From the human T2T-CHM13v2.0 reference genome, Homo sapiens: a stretch of 64,000 bases of DNA. Made by a program: the position numbers and the translations under genes. The stretch lies in the NCBI RefSeq assembly GCF_009914755.1, contig NC_060943.1; one strand, given 5' to 3'. Below the pieces are notes generated by a model. The model was not told the DNA's origin. It saw nothing but the letters and a program-made list of their open reading frames with translations, and did not search any database. Shown piece by piece: positions 17,320-39,000 of this stretch; position 1 is the first letter of the stretch, and every line of letters begins with the position of its first letter.

Positions 17320-20300
17320 GAGGTTCAAGTTGGCTGAATGGAAAGGGCTGGAGTCTGCCTACTCACTAAGAGGACCCAAAATAGCGAGTAAATACCAACA
17401 GGTCAAGTGGATCTTCCAAGAGGATGCTGGGGTTCACCTGAGAAACATGAGGACATGGAGAGAAGAGAAGAGAAAAGGTGGGAGCCAGGAGAGGCTCCTA
17501 ACACGGGGAAGGGGTGAGTGAGTGAGAGATTCACCAACACGGGGAAGGGGTGAGTGAGTGAGAGATTCCCCAACACGGGGAAGGGGTGAGTGAGTGAGAG
17601 GATCCCTAACACGGGGAAGGTGTGAGTGAGTGAGAGGATCCCTAACACGGGGAAGGGGTGAATGAGTGAGAGCCTCCCTAACACAGGGAAGGGGTGAGTG
17701 AGTGAGGGGTCCCTGGCATCTACACCTCTGCTGTGGGCCCTTAGGATCCTGCCCACAGGAGAGCGCCTGTCCCCTCTGGGCCTCCAGAGGCCCACAGTTT
17801 GCTCCTGGAGACTGTACCAAGGCCCCACTGGAGCCCACGTGGAATCCCACAGGCTTCTGATCCCTGAGCAGCCTGGGTCCAGCTGCCACTGCCTTAGCAG
17901 GGAGGGAGGAGGCCAGGCACCTCTGTGGGCCCCAGAATAAGTATGACAGCTGGGGCACAGGAGCAGCCAAGCTGAGCACCACACAGCTGCCCACCTCTGT
18001 TGCTTCCTGCGAAATGGGGCTTCCTTCCTGCTAATGGGGCTTGCCAGCTGCAGGGCCCCAGTCACCCGTCCTGCCCCCACCCGAACACCGTGGCCCTGGC
18101 TCGGTGCCCTCTGAAAGCCCAATGCTCAGAGGCCCCTGACAAGCCCTTTGCAGTCACTGCCACCTCTGCCTCTGCCCCTGCTGCCCCAGGCCCAGGGAGG
18201 GTGTGGGGAGGCCTGGCACTTTCACGTGTCCCCAGAGCAAAACCGAGTGACACTTCTTCAGGAGGGAAGTGTGAGCGGGCCCTGTGCCTCACAGCTGCCA
18301 GTCTCCAGTGCCCCAGCCGAGGGGCGCTGCCCTCCCTAGTGACAGGCCCACAGCACAGCCACCCTGCCCCCACCTGGACATTTCAGCTGCAGCCCCCAGC
18401 CCTTCTGAGAGCCCAGTCCCCACAGGCCTGTGATCTGCCGCAGGCTCTACCACCTGAGCCTTCTGCCTGCCCCGCCTGAAGGTTCTGCCGGTGACCTGGG
18501 GACCAGCCCATCCCTCCCCATCACAGCCAGCATCTGAACCCCGGAGCAGCCGAAACCCAGTCCAGCCCCTTCAGGACTCACACACGCTGTCCAGCCGGCC
18601 ACCTAGGGGCCTGTGATCCGGGAACTACCTGCCCTTTCCTACCTGCTGGCACCTGACCACTCACCCCAGGGCCTGAGGTCGGGCCCACCCAGCCAGCAAC
18701 ACCACCACAACTGACGTCCACTCTCCCATCCAGAGAGGCAGAAGCCCCACATCCCACCTACATGAAGCAGCTACCGCGTCAGACAACAGACAGCCGCTCA
18801 GGGTCTGCACTGGGCTGAGGGAGGAGGCTCTGCCTTGGAACCACGCCTGCAGAGAGTGGCAAGGCAGGTGTTTCCCACTGCCCTCAGCCACACTGTGGCC
18901 TGGGGAGAGACAAGAGTGTGTGTCTGAACTGAGACTCATGAGCCCTGGAGCACGGGTGTGATAGGGAGACAGACAACGTTCCTCCCTATGGGACTGGAAA
19001 CGGTGTAGCTCCTTCACCCCCCGCAGAGACCTCAGGGCATTTCACTAGGAGCTGCTCCAGCCATGTCCATCAGGACTAGTGCCTGCACTCATCACTGGGA
19101 TATCTGTGGGCAAGCCGGGGGTTCCAGCTCTGCCCAGGGGTGTTCCCTCGCCCCTGTGGAACAGGAAGCTCAGGGCACCTGACACTCCACGGTCCAGCCC
19201 TTCCCCTGAAACAAGAGTCAGCACCTCACAGGAAACACACCAGGTCCACATCCACCTGCTTGTGCCGAGCGTGGCTCTTACCCTTAAGCACCAGCTCCTG
19301 GCCTGCAATCTGAGCTGCACAGCCCAATGCAAACCCTGCTGCAGAAGCTCCCAAAGCCATGGGAAAAGCCAAAAGACCCTTCCCAACATGCTCTACAGTC
19401 ACCCTCCCTGCGGGGCTGGGGGAAAATGTGCAAAAGAAATCCCATCCAAACGAAAATAAATTCGAAGAGAGTAAGTGGAGGCCTCTCCAGATGAGAAGGA
19501 ATCAGTGTAAGGATTCTGACGCCGTGAAAAATCTGAATATTGTGGCACCACCAAAGGATCGCACTGGCTCGCTAGTGATGGATGCTGAAAACAATGGAAA
19601 CTCTGAAAGGACAGATAAAGAATGAGACTGACACAAAAACATTACAAAGAATCAATGAAAGAAAACGTTGGTTTTTTGAAAGTATAAATAAAATTGAGAG
19701 ATGGCTGACTACACTAACCAAAAAAAGGAGATTTAAATAAGCACAATCAGAAATGATAAAGTTGACATTACAACCAACACCACAGAGATACAAAAGATCA
19801 TCAGAGACTACTATGAACACCTTTATGCACATAAACTAGAAAACCTGGAGAAAATAGATGAATTCCTAGACACACACAACTTCCCAAGATTGCACAGGCA
19901 AAAAATAGAAACTCTAAACAGACCGATAACAACCAATGAAAAAGGATCAGTACTAAAAATCTTCCAGCAAAAAAGTCCAGGAACAGATGGATTCGCAGTT
20001 GAACTTAGCTGTATGTACGAAGGAGGGCTGGTACCAATCATACTGAAAGTATTCCAAAAATCAAGGAAGTGGGATTCTTTGCCAGCTCATTTTACAAAAT
20101 CAGTATCATCCTGATAGCAAAATCAGACAAGGATCCAACAGAAAAATAAAACTACAGGCCAAGAAATCTGAGGAACACAGATGCAAAAATCCTCAAGAAA
20201 ATACTAGCAAACGGAATCTAACAGTGTATCAAAAACATAATTCATCATGATCAAGTTGGCTTGATTCCAGGGAAGAAAGGATGGTTCAATATATGCAAGT

Positions 20301-20530
20301 CAATAAAAGTGACTCATGACATAAACTAAGAACAAAAAGCATATGATCATCTCTATAGATGCAGATAAAGCTTTCAAGAAAGTCCAACATCGCTTCGTGA
20401 TAAAATCCCTCAACAGGCTAGGCATGAAAGAAACATACCGCAAAATACCAACACCCCCTGCGTGACAAACCCACAGCCAACATCAAATTGAATGGGGAGA
20501 AGTGAAAACATTTTCCCAGGAAAATGAGAA
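17320..20530 (+). mobile_element. Old rearranged L1 (GC-rich 5' region plus ORF2 fragment 19630-20530)
   Basis: ORF2-typical agagactactatgaacacctttatgcacataaactagaaaacct, gatgcaaaaatcctcaagaaaatactagcaaac, acaaacccacagccaacatc; the 5' part is less certain. Confidence 0.7.
17496..17713. repeat. G-rich 36-bp minisatellite, ~6 copies
   Basis: Unit aacacggggaaggggtgagtgagtgagaggatccct; produces 12-aa repeats in the ORF track. Confidence 0.95.
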
Positions 20531-20534
20531 TGGG

Positions 20535-22300
20535 ATCCTCCCTAGCCCCTGGGGTCTCCTACTGGACCAGGGCCTATCTGTGGGGCAGGGTCCCTCTCAT
20601 GCTAGAATCTCCCGTTCCCCTCGTCAAATCTCAGTGAAGTGGACCATGGCCATGGGAGTGACAGTCATGGCACAGAGAGGCAGGGCTCTCCTGTAGCAGG
20701 ACGAGCCGCAGACAAAACTCCTCAGACACCGGATTAAAGAAGGAAGAGGTTTTTATTCAGCTGGGAGCGTGGGCAGACTCGCGTCTTAAGAGCCGAACTC
20801 CCCGAAAAAGAAATTCTTGGCCTTTTTAAAGGCTTATAACTTTAAGGGGTCCACGTGAAAGGGTCGTGATACATCAAGCAAGCGTGGGAAACATGACTGT
20901 GGGGGGCTATATGCATCAGCTAACAGAACAAAAAGTTTTACAGTGCTTTTTTCATGCAGTGTCTGGAATTTACAGATAACACCAGTAGTTTAGGTCAGGG
21001 GTTGATGTTATTATTATTACTTTTTTTAACTCCTACGGCCGGGTGGTGGTGCCAAGGTTGTCTGGCTATTTATCTTACTTTTGTATTTTTCCAACTTTTG
21101 GCTTTTTCTCTCTTCCTGTTTTGTGAACTAGGCAAGGTGGGGGGAGGAGGGCAGCAGGAGTAGTAGTGGTCTCCTTCCTTACTCCCACTTACAGGATTTT
21201 CCCACCAGCATCTCCATGGGTGGTGAGCTGTCCCGGACCCCGCTGGCTCATGTTTTCCCAGGACTTGGCCTTTCTCGAATGCTTTATCTGCATCGGTTGA
21301 GATGATCACATGCTTTTTGTTCTTAGTTTATGTCGTGAGTCACCTTTATTGACTTGCATATATTGAACCATCCTTTGAGACAGGCACCAGGCTTTCTGCT
21401 GATATTTCAGACACGCATGGCATCTCTCCTGATCTCCTTTCACTGTCTGCCTGACATGTCCTCGTCTCATTGAGGGCCGGGACGTAGCTGCAAATGGACG
21501 TGGTGCCTTCCTGAGTTGGTCCCTTCCAGGTGAAGGCAACGGAGGGTTCTTCCTTCCTCTCAGAGACTCCTCATGGGGTTTCACTCTCTCCTTCAGCTCA
21601 CCCATAAACACACCCTTGTGGGGAACCTACCATGGCCAGTCTTCTCACCAGTCCTGGGGAAGCTTCAGGGAAGATGCAAATTCAGGCTGCGGGGCAGACT
21701 CACATCAGCAGAGACTCATCTCACATCTTGCTGTGCAGTTCCAGTTGAGCTTTATTGTGGCGATGAACAGAAAGGGGAAATACAGGGAGACAAGGGAAGG
21801 AATCATGTCTCTTTTCCCAGAACTGGAGTGTGGGTTTTCTTTATGCAAAAACGTTCCCTTCACGAACTTCTCATTCACTCATCGCAACAGCGTCCGCCCC
21901 CGTCTCCCTGGAAACAACATTGACCTGACTCTGCCTTCTTGGTGCCCCCGTCTTCTTTCAAACACTCCTGTTCCCATCCTGTGCTCCTGAGTTCAAGGTT
22001 CTGGGACAATACGTGGGGTTAGCACTCTGCTTTGAGGGAAAATCTTGTCTTTATTTAAATATTCATGTGTCACCCCCTGCCTGTGTGACCTTGGGCAGTA
22101 ACCTCCCATTTCTGAGCCTCGGTTTCCTCATTTGGAGCCTGTGATGAACCCCATTTATCACAGGGGAGCTGGGTCATTGGAGCCTGGGGACTGCAGGGGG
22201 CTCAGCCATGGGTAATTTCCAGAGCAGGTGAAGACAGGAGGGGTGGGGGCATGAGGGGATGCTGGCGCCCACCATCAAGGCCTGAGATTGATGTTTCCAC
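20535..22300 (-). pseudogene. Second orphan LILR 5' module, split by a solo LTR and an inverted L1 piece
   Basis: Exon-1 relic CCATG|gtaggt at ~21631; promoter homology 21630-22300; degenerate signal exon (ATG ~20665-20667) with donor ctgaga. Confidence 0.75.
20692..21181 (-). mobile_element. Solo HERV-E-type LTR (LTR2 family, LTR2B-like)
   Basis: Minus strand starts TAAGGAAGGAGACCACTACTACTCC and ends TGTCTGCGGCTCGTCCTGCTACA; 4-bp TSD ctcc (20688-20691, 21182-21185). Confidence 0.85.
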
Positions 22301-22499
22301 TAAGGAGAGCCCCTTTGTTCCTGCCCTTGAGAGATGCTTCTCATAATATTTCATCAACACCCCGGTTATCACAGTCATGTCCAGAAAATGAGAAATGAAA
22401 GCTTGTCAGAAGGAGAAGCGCCTGCATTAAAGAGAAAATTAAAACTGACAGAGCATTTGTGTCTGGTGCCATTGGGGTCTTCAGGGAGGAAGTAATTAA

Positions 22500-22850
<351 letters not shown>

Positions 22851-23422
22851 TGACCTCTCATGATAAACTGAAAAATAGGAGTAAATTAAAAAATACATAT
22901 GCTAGACTGAATTATGTAATTTAAAATGCATTTTTGTGTTTTGTGATTTTCAACTCAACATGTCAATAGCATTGCTTCTCAGTGGGACTGGACTTCCCGA
23001 TAGTAAAAAGATAAGGGAAGGAGATGCTAAGAGAGTACTCTCAGGGGACTAACTGCAAGTGAGGAATTCTATACTTACTCAGGTTAATACCTGAAAGGTA
23101 AAGGGGTCAGCAGGGGACCAATTCCTAAACAGAAGAAGGCTCAGGGCAAGACGGACCTGTGAAGCTGTCTGGTTGGGCTTCCCCTTCGTGAGGGCTGAGG
23201 AGGGATTGGAGGGTGGATCTCTCAAATCATCAGATGTGCTTTCTCTTCCAGGTGTTATACTTACCCTTTAACTAATACAGAAATGTTTTCATCTATTTTG
23301 ATAGAGAGAGTGGGAGGAAAAAGAAGGCATTTTCTGAGCTGCAAGTTACTAGATATTACTGTTTTCATGCTCAGTGAAGGCAATTTTAAATGATATCATC
23401 CAGTTGGAAGATCAATGAATCC

Positions 23423-23797
<375 letters not shown>

Positions 23798-24578
23798 TCA
23801 CACACAGACATGCCCACATGAATGCAACCACACATGGGCACACATGTATGAGTCAGTGTGCATGTACACATGTGAGTACTCAGAGTTCAGCTACAGTGGA
23901 ATTAGAACGTGTCTTCTCTAAAGGCAAGGATAAATGAATCCTCATTCGAAAATATATAATTGAGTGAATACTTAACTAAATAGGTGAAGTTATTCCAAAT
24001 TTTTCTTTTTTTTTAATCCTGTATGTAAAAGAGTAATTCATCCACTGAAGGATAAGTTAAATAGCCCAGTACCCCAATCACACCTAGGCATGAAACACAA
24101 TAGTACCATCTAAAATGAAATGATAATTTACAATCAGTAAGTGAAGAAAGGTATACTAGTAAAATATCTATTGGAAATATTAATATTCAACAAAATGTAA
24201 CATAATCCAAAAAGTTTTAGAAATAAAAACTAAAATTTTGTGTTTTAATGAAGTTGTAAGGGCTGGGCATGAAGGGATTTGCAGGCTGAGCGGGGAGGAT
24301 CACTTGAGCCCAGGAGTTCAAGACCAGCCAGGGCAAATAGTGAGACTCATCTTTATTTATTTTTTTAAAAAAAGAAGGTATTAAAGATGACTGGGAAAAA
24401 TCACTGTATGAAAAACCGAGGAAGAAGGAATTAGGGCTCCCGAATGGGGTGAAGACCCACATGCAGAATGTCTCTGAGCCCTGAGAGTGGAGCAGTGTGT
24501 TCAGGATCCTGAGCCTGTGGAACCAACATTCTCTGAGATGTGAGTCTATGGAATGTGTGTTATAAGACCTGCCTTTTG

Positions 24579-25693
24579 TTAGTATAATCCAGCAAAAGCC
24601 CATGGGCGAGGACCCAGTTTTATTTTAGGGAATGTGGGGACAGTATATTTTCTATTTGTGTTTATGCAAATTTCATATTGCTGATCAGTCATGCAGAAGG
24701 CGGAGGTCAGTGTGTTCACAGGATTCGTACCCGAGAGTCTGGAGACACATGTGGGGGTCCATGGGAAAGGCTGGTGGCCGGGTATGGTGGGAAGGTAATC
24801 AGCGACAGATGCCAGAGTCTCCTGCTTGATCTTGCCGAAATCTGGCTCAAATGTTTGGCCTGGCACAACCAAACTAGAACTTGGAAGACGCTGTATAGGT
24901 AAAACATAATATTGTAATCATTCATATTCTGTTAAGGCTTTGAAAATGTCCTTAATAAGATTTCTTTATCCTGGAAGGTAGATGGCAAATGATAACATTT
25001 CTTTATTCTAGAGGGTAGATGGCAAACGATAAGATTTCTTTATTCTAGAGGTTAGATGGTGAATGATATGATTTCTTTATTCTAGAGGGTAGATGGTGAA
25101 TGATAACATTTCTCTATTCTAGAGGGTAGATGGTGAATGATAAGATGTCTTTATTCTAGAGGGTAGCTGGCGAACGATAAGATTTCTTTACTCTAGAGGG
25201 TAGACGGCAAATGATAAGATTTGTTTACTCTAGAGGGTAGATGGTGAATGATAACATTTCTTTATTCTAGAGAGTAGATTGTGAATATTTGGTCCTTCAT
25301 GTTTTCTCAGGATCCTCCCTCCAAACATTCTATCCTATACAGCAAAGCTTTACATCCTTCAAACACAACAGTCGTCTTGGACCTAGATATGTTGAACTCT
25401 TTAATGCTAGGACTCAAGTCCTCTTGCTGTTTGGGACAATTCAGAAAAGAATCAGCCCCAGTCATTTTGCATACTTCTGTCTGACTGTCATAGGTGAGTA
25501 GAAAGAAACAGCTCAACTGCTTGACAAGATTCATCGACCTGAGGTCTTGTCTGCAGCTGGATTTCTATCCTACTTCCGTGATTTTCCTTTCGTGGATCAC
25601 CAACACACTGCAAATGCCTATCATTGCTTTTGACGTGGTGTACTTTGGTTCTGCCTGGAAAGGCAGGAAGTCTCGAAGTGAGGAGCTCACAGG
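24579..25693 (-). pseudogene. Degraded intronless coding relic, candidate bornavirus-nucleoprotein-like endogenous viral element
   Basis: After removing 8 x 37-bp minisatellite units it is one 272-codon frame with 4 internal stops; segments align by eye to bornavirus N (see findings). Not verified by search. Confidence 0.45.
24955..25280. repeat. 37-bp minisatellite, ~9 copies
   Basis: Unit taagatttctttattctagagggtagatggcaaatga with minor variants; first-to-last offset 296 = 8 x 37. Confidence 0.96.
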
Positions 25694-26419
25694 TCAAAGG
25701 AGATTGAAATGTTTTCAGACAGAATAGGCAAATCCGTAGAGACAGAAAGCACACTTGTGGTTAGCAGGTGCTGGAGGGAAGAGGGAATGGGGAGTGGCTG
25801 CTGAATGGGTGTAGGATGATGACAATGTGTGGAACAGGATGGCAGTGATGGTTACACAGTGATCTGAGGAGAAGATACACAGGTAGCATCTGAGAAGGAG
25901 GGAAGGGCTTGTAGGGTTTGGAGAGGGTGTCAGGGCATCAGGGTGGATTTATCTTTTCCTGGTTGAAATCTGATACTCTCCCATTGATTTAGTTACTGAA
26001 GCACGTTTGGAACTCTGAACTGAAGAGATGGAGGCTCAATAAAGCACACCAGGGAGTATGGCAATGAGGAATAAAGAAGACTGTGTTACACACCATGGAC
26101 CAGAGCACACAGATGTGCAGAGGTGTGGATCCAGCCCTGCCATGTGGGATGTAGCCTCATGTCTAGGGGTGGGAAAAGAAGGGGATCCAACCAAGGGAAG
26201 TCAACATTAATAGAGAGGAAAGGTATCACATGTTAATGGTCCTCCATGGATCACCCTGCAAAATATCTCTGCAATCCAACACTGATTCCTCCTTCTAGAA
26301 ATTATCAGCAGACAGTCCAGATAGCATTGGCCCTAAATTGTCTCCCGGAACCTCCTGGGATCACCATATCTATTCCCAAGGTTCCACCACTCTGAGAGAT
26401 GCATTGTCCTCTCTGCTGT

Positions 26420-26755
26420 TCACCTCCTAGCTGCATCTTAGGGGCTTCTCTGGCTGTGCTGAGCCTCAAATAACAGAATCCTGAGGACCACCAGGATCAA
26501 GCCAGCCTTGCCCATGTGGATGAGATTCTCCACTGTGTAATCCTGGGGGTGTGAGGTTGGGGATGGTGGGCAAAGAGACCACAGAGGTCAGGGCAGATCA
26601 ACATCACCCAGGACCTCTGGATGTCCACCCAGGGCACCCACCTCCCCTTCACAGGACCTGACCCTCTGTGCCAGCCCCATAACTGAAAGCATCTCCTCAC
26701 GCACCAGTCTTGGGGTCTGAATTGTTTTGTGATGGGCTGAGGGTATCAGCTGCTC
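26420..26755 (-). pseudogene. Vestigial second stem exon (26705-26755) and TM/cytoplasmic exon (26420-26556) downstream of LILRA3
   Basis: GAADTLSPSQNNSDPKT, then SHPQDYTVENLIHMGKAGLILVVLRILLFEAQHSQRSP*. TM-exon acceptor AG>AA at 26557-26558; TAA at 26438-26440. Confidence 0.92.
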
Positions 26756-27407
26756 CTGAGAATCAAAGCAAAGGAGAAGTACCCTGAGCCAGCCTCTCCC
26801 ATGGGCTCGGCATTCTTATCTTCCCCTGTCTCCTGACATGAGTTCTAAGGAGTTCCTTAGTAAACTCTTCCTCTGTAGCAGTGTTCGTTCCGTTCTTCTT
26901 AATGAATTATTTCAGCTTTCCTGCTTTCTACAAATCCAAATGTTGCTCTTGAGTCATTTGGGGGAGAGTTTTCCTTCACCCTGAGGGCTCAGGATCTGCA
27001 AGGAAAGTGGTCCCCAGTACAGAGGTCACTGAGCCCTGTGTGCTGTCTGTGCAGCCTGGGACACGGGAGCACATGAGCCAATTCCCCCGGAGATGAGAGT
27101 TTCACGGATCCACCAGCTGAGGACCCAGGCTCCCTGGATGAGGGGTTGGTCCTCAGGGGCTCCCGAATGTCAGAAGCACAAAGCGGTGAAAGTCTGGGGC
27201 TGCCTCCCCTTCACCTGGGTTTTCATTGTCCAATTAATCTAATTAACTAATTCTTCATATAATCAGGAAAACCTAGAATGATGTGATACCTTCCCCCCGG
27301 CCCCCATCCAAAAATATCTGTCTGCTAAATAGTGGTGCTATTAGAGGTTCATAAATCAGTATTTCTGCTTTTACAAAGTGTGAATCTAGGTGAATCTAGA
27401 CCAGTAA

Positions 27408-27742
<335 letters not shown>

Positions 27743-27751
27743 TAGGCATGA

Positions 27752-28006
<255 letters not shown>

Positions 28007-28409
28007 TGATCTGCCCGCCTTGGCCTCCCAAAGTGCTGGGATTACAGGCATGAGTCACTGCGCCTGGCCATCAAATATATTAAGAATATGGATATATTTA
28101 TCAAGTGAACTTGGAAATACTTACACACATATTCAAATGTAACTTATATAACCACACATAAATATGTATAGATGTAAAACTTTAGATATTTAAGATGTAG
28201 TTACATACATATTGATATTTGAAGTGAGAATATTGGCAAGCAATATAGAAATAAGTAAAATCTCCATTGTCTCATGGTTTGTATACATTTCATCAGGAAA
28301 TTAGAGGAGATCCATAGAAAAGCAATTAGAATGGGGTAATTTGGTAGTGAGTTAGCATGAAATACAATGAATATACTCAAACGAGTAGCTTTCTCATGGA
28401 TAATTATCT

Positions 28410-28415
28410 TTTATT
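28410..28415 (-). terminator. LILRA3: Probable LILRA3 polyadenylation signal (AATAAA)
   Basis: tttatt on + strand ~170 nt after the stop codon. Confidence 0.7.
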
Positions 28416-28581
28416 TTTAAAATATGAAAGAATAAAGTACTTCACATATACATTGTTAAAGGTGTTGAATAATTCTTCAAGTTGGAATGAATATAATTCT
28501 TCAAATGTCCACCCAGGACACCCAGCTCCTCTTGACAGGACCTGACCCTCTGTGCCCAGCGTCATCACGGCAAGCATCTCC

Positions 28582-32709
<4,128 letters not shown>

Positions 32710-33139
32710 GGCGTCTCCTCCCACTGCACTGCTCTGTGGATGGATGAGCCCTCGGTGCTGGCAGGACAGAGGACACACAGGGTGTGGACACTTGGAGGCT
32801 CGGTCCTTCTTCTCATGGGGTTTTGTCATCTGCAGCCACACAGGAAGTGGAACTGCCCTCCCAGGAGCCTGGCTGTCTTTCCTGTAGGGCTGAGGTGGGG
32901 GTGGGCCCAACTCCTCTATAGACATTTCAGACAGAAATGGGGTCTTTCCTGACCCCCAGCCACTGTCTGTCTGCCTTGTCTTCATCTCACTAAGACCTGG
33001 GATGCAGCAGGAAAAAGAACCAATGCTTTCCTGAGTCACCCCTTTCAGGTGAGGGCGACCTCCTCCCTCTCACAGCCTCCCTCAAGGTCTCCCTCCCTCC
33101 TTCAGCCCATCCATCAGTTCAGCGTTGTGGGGTCCTTAC

Positions 33140-33340
33140 CATGGCAGTCGTCCCTCCAGCCCTGGAGATCCTTCAGGGAAGATGCAGGTCCATGCTGCAG
33201 GGTGGACTCAGATCAGCAGAGACGCACCTGACACCTGGCTGTGCAGCCCAGGCTGAGCTGTGTGTGGCAGTGAGAACAGAGGAGAAATGCAGGGAATAAA
33301 GAGAGGAAGTCATGACCCTCTTTGTGGCCCTGGACTATAG
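33140..33340 (-). promoter_or_regulatory. LILRA3: LILRA3 first exon and proximal promoter
   Basis: Donor GCCATG|gtaagg at 33140/33139; PU.1-like aaagagaggaagt at ~33298-33310. Confidence 0.75.
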
Positions 33341-34108
33341 GTTTTCTTTCTAATCAATAGTAATCCCCCCCTTTTTTTTTACTTCCCCCCCCTTTTTTTT
33401 TGGCTACAGCGTCCACCCCTGACGTCCCTGGGAACAAACCTCTGAGTCTTTCCTGCCTCCTCGGTGCCCATTGCATCCTTGGCCGTCCCTCTGCACCTTA
33501 ATCCCTGTTCAACGTTTTGGGAACAATGACTTATATTTGAGCTTTGATTTGGGGAGTGGGGGAGGAAGCTGATATTTATTCAGAGACTGGTTATCATTCA
33601 CTGCCTACGTGACCTCGGGCGGTAATGAACCATCTCTGAGCCTCAGTTTCTTCCTTTGCAGCTTGTTGTCACAAATCCCACTGGTCACAGTGGTTGTGGG
33701 GTCAGTGGTTCCTGACACATGGGAGAGGCTCATCTGTGCTTCATTTCCAGACCAGGTCAGCACATGAAGTGTTTGGGATATGATAGGATCATAGCGTTGG
33801 ATGATTGATGTGTTCTCTCAAGATCTCATATCTGGGATCCCTAATGGAGAAATGTACGTGAAGTATTTCTGAAATATGCAGAACATCAATATCATGAGCA
33901 GAAAAAGAGGCGTGGAAGTCTCCAAGTGTAGATGGATCCACATTAAATAACAGAGGCCAGAGGTGAGTCGCCACAGGTGCCTGGGACCATCAAGGGGTCA
34001 TTAGGGTGGAGGTTTCCACCAAAGGTGGCCCAAAGTGATTAGACTCAACATGCCAGACCTGCCTTGGTTTACTACGGAGAAAGAGATTCAAATGTTTAGG
34101 AAGGTTAA

Positions 34109-34835
<727 letters not shown>

Positions 34836-34867
34836 TGAATCATTACATTGATAAAATTATGCTGGTT

Positions 34868-35326
34868 GGAATGCCCATCAATGACAGACTGGATAAAGAT
34901 ACTGTGGTACATATACACCATGGAATACTATGCAGCCATAAAAAGGAATGAGATCATGTCCTTTGCAGGGACATGGATGGAGCTGGAAGCCATTATCCTC
35001 AGCAAACAAACACAGGAACCAAAAACCAAACACTGCATGTTCTCATTCATAAGTGGGAGCTGAACAATGAGAACACATGGACACAGGAATGGAAACAACA
35101 CACACTTGGGCCTGTTGGGGGGAAAAGGGAGGAAGAGCCTCAGGATAAATAACTAATGGGTGCCGGGTTTAATACCTAGGTGATGGGCTGATGGGTGCAA
35201 CAAACCACCACAGCACACGTTTGTTTACTTATGTAACAAACCTGCAGGTCCTGCACATGTATCCCAGAACATAAAATTAAATTAAATTAGATATCAAAAA
35301 TAAAAATAAAATAAAGTTAAAAAAAG
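34868..35326 (+). mobile_element. L1PA-type 3' end
   Basis: atggaatactatgcagccataaaaaggaatgagatcatgtcctttgcagggacatggatg..., A-rich tail. Confidence 0.9.
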
Positions 35327-35329
35327 AAA

Positions 35330-37180
<1,851 letters not shown>

Positions 37181-37194
37181 AGTCAGGGCGCAAG

Positions 37195-39000
<1,806 letters not shown>

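Noticed and set aside
17403-18479. Long ORFs (239, 186 and 159 aa) with 12-aa repeats
   Set aside because: Explained by a 36-bp minisatellite and GC-rich old repeat sequence; no family motif.
24760-24850. DFG and GHQPFP suggesting a kinase, and QETL..T.G.QP resembling bornavirus L
   Set aside because: No HRD, VAIK or APE spacing for a kinase; the L similarity is one short patch, whereas the N-like blocks are colinear.
24955-25280. CRISPR-like regular 37-bp repeats
   Set aside because: Head-to-tail units without unique spacers, in mammalian DNA; a minisatellite.
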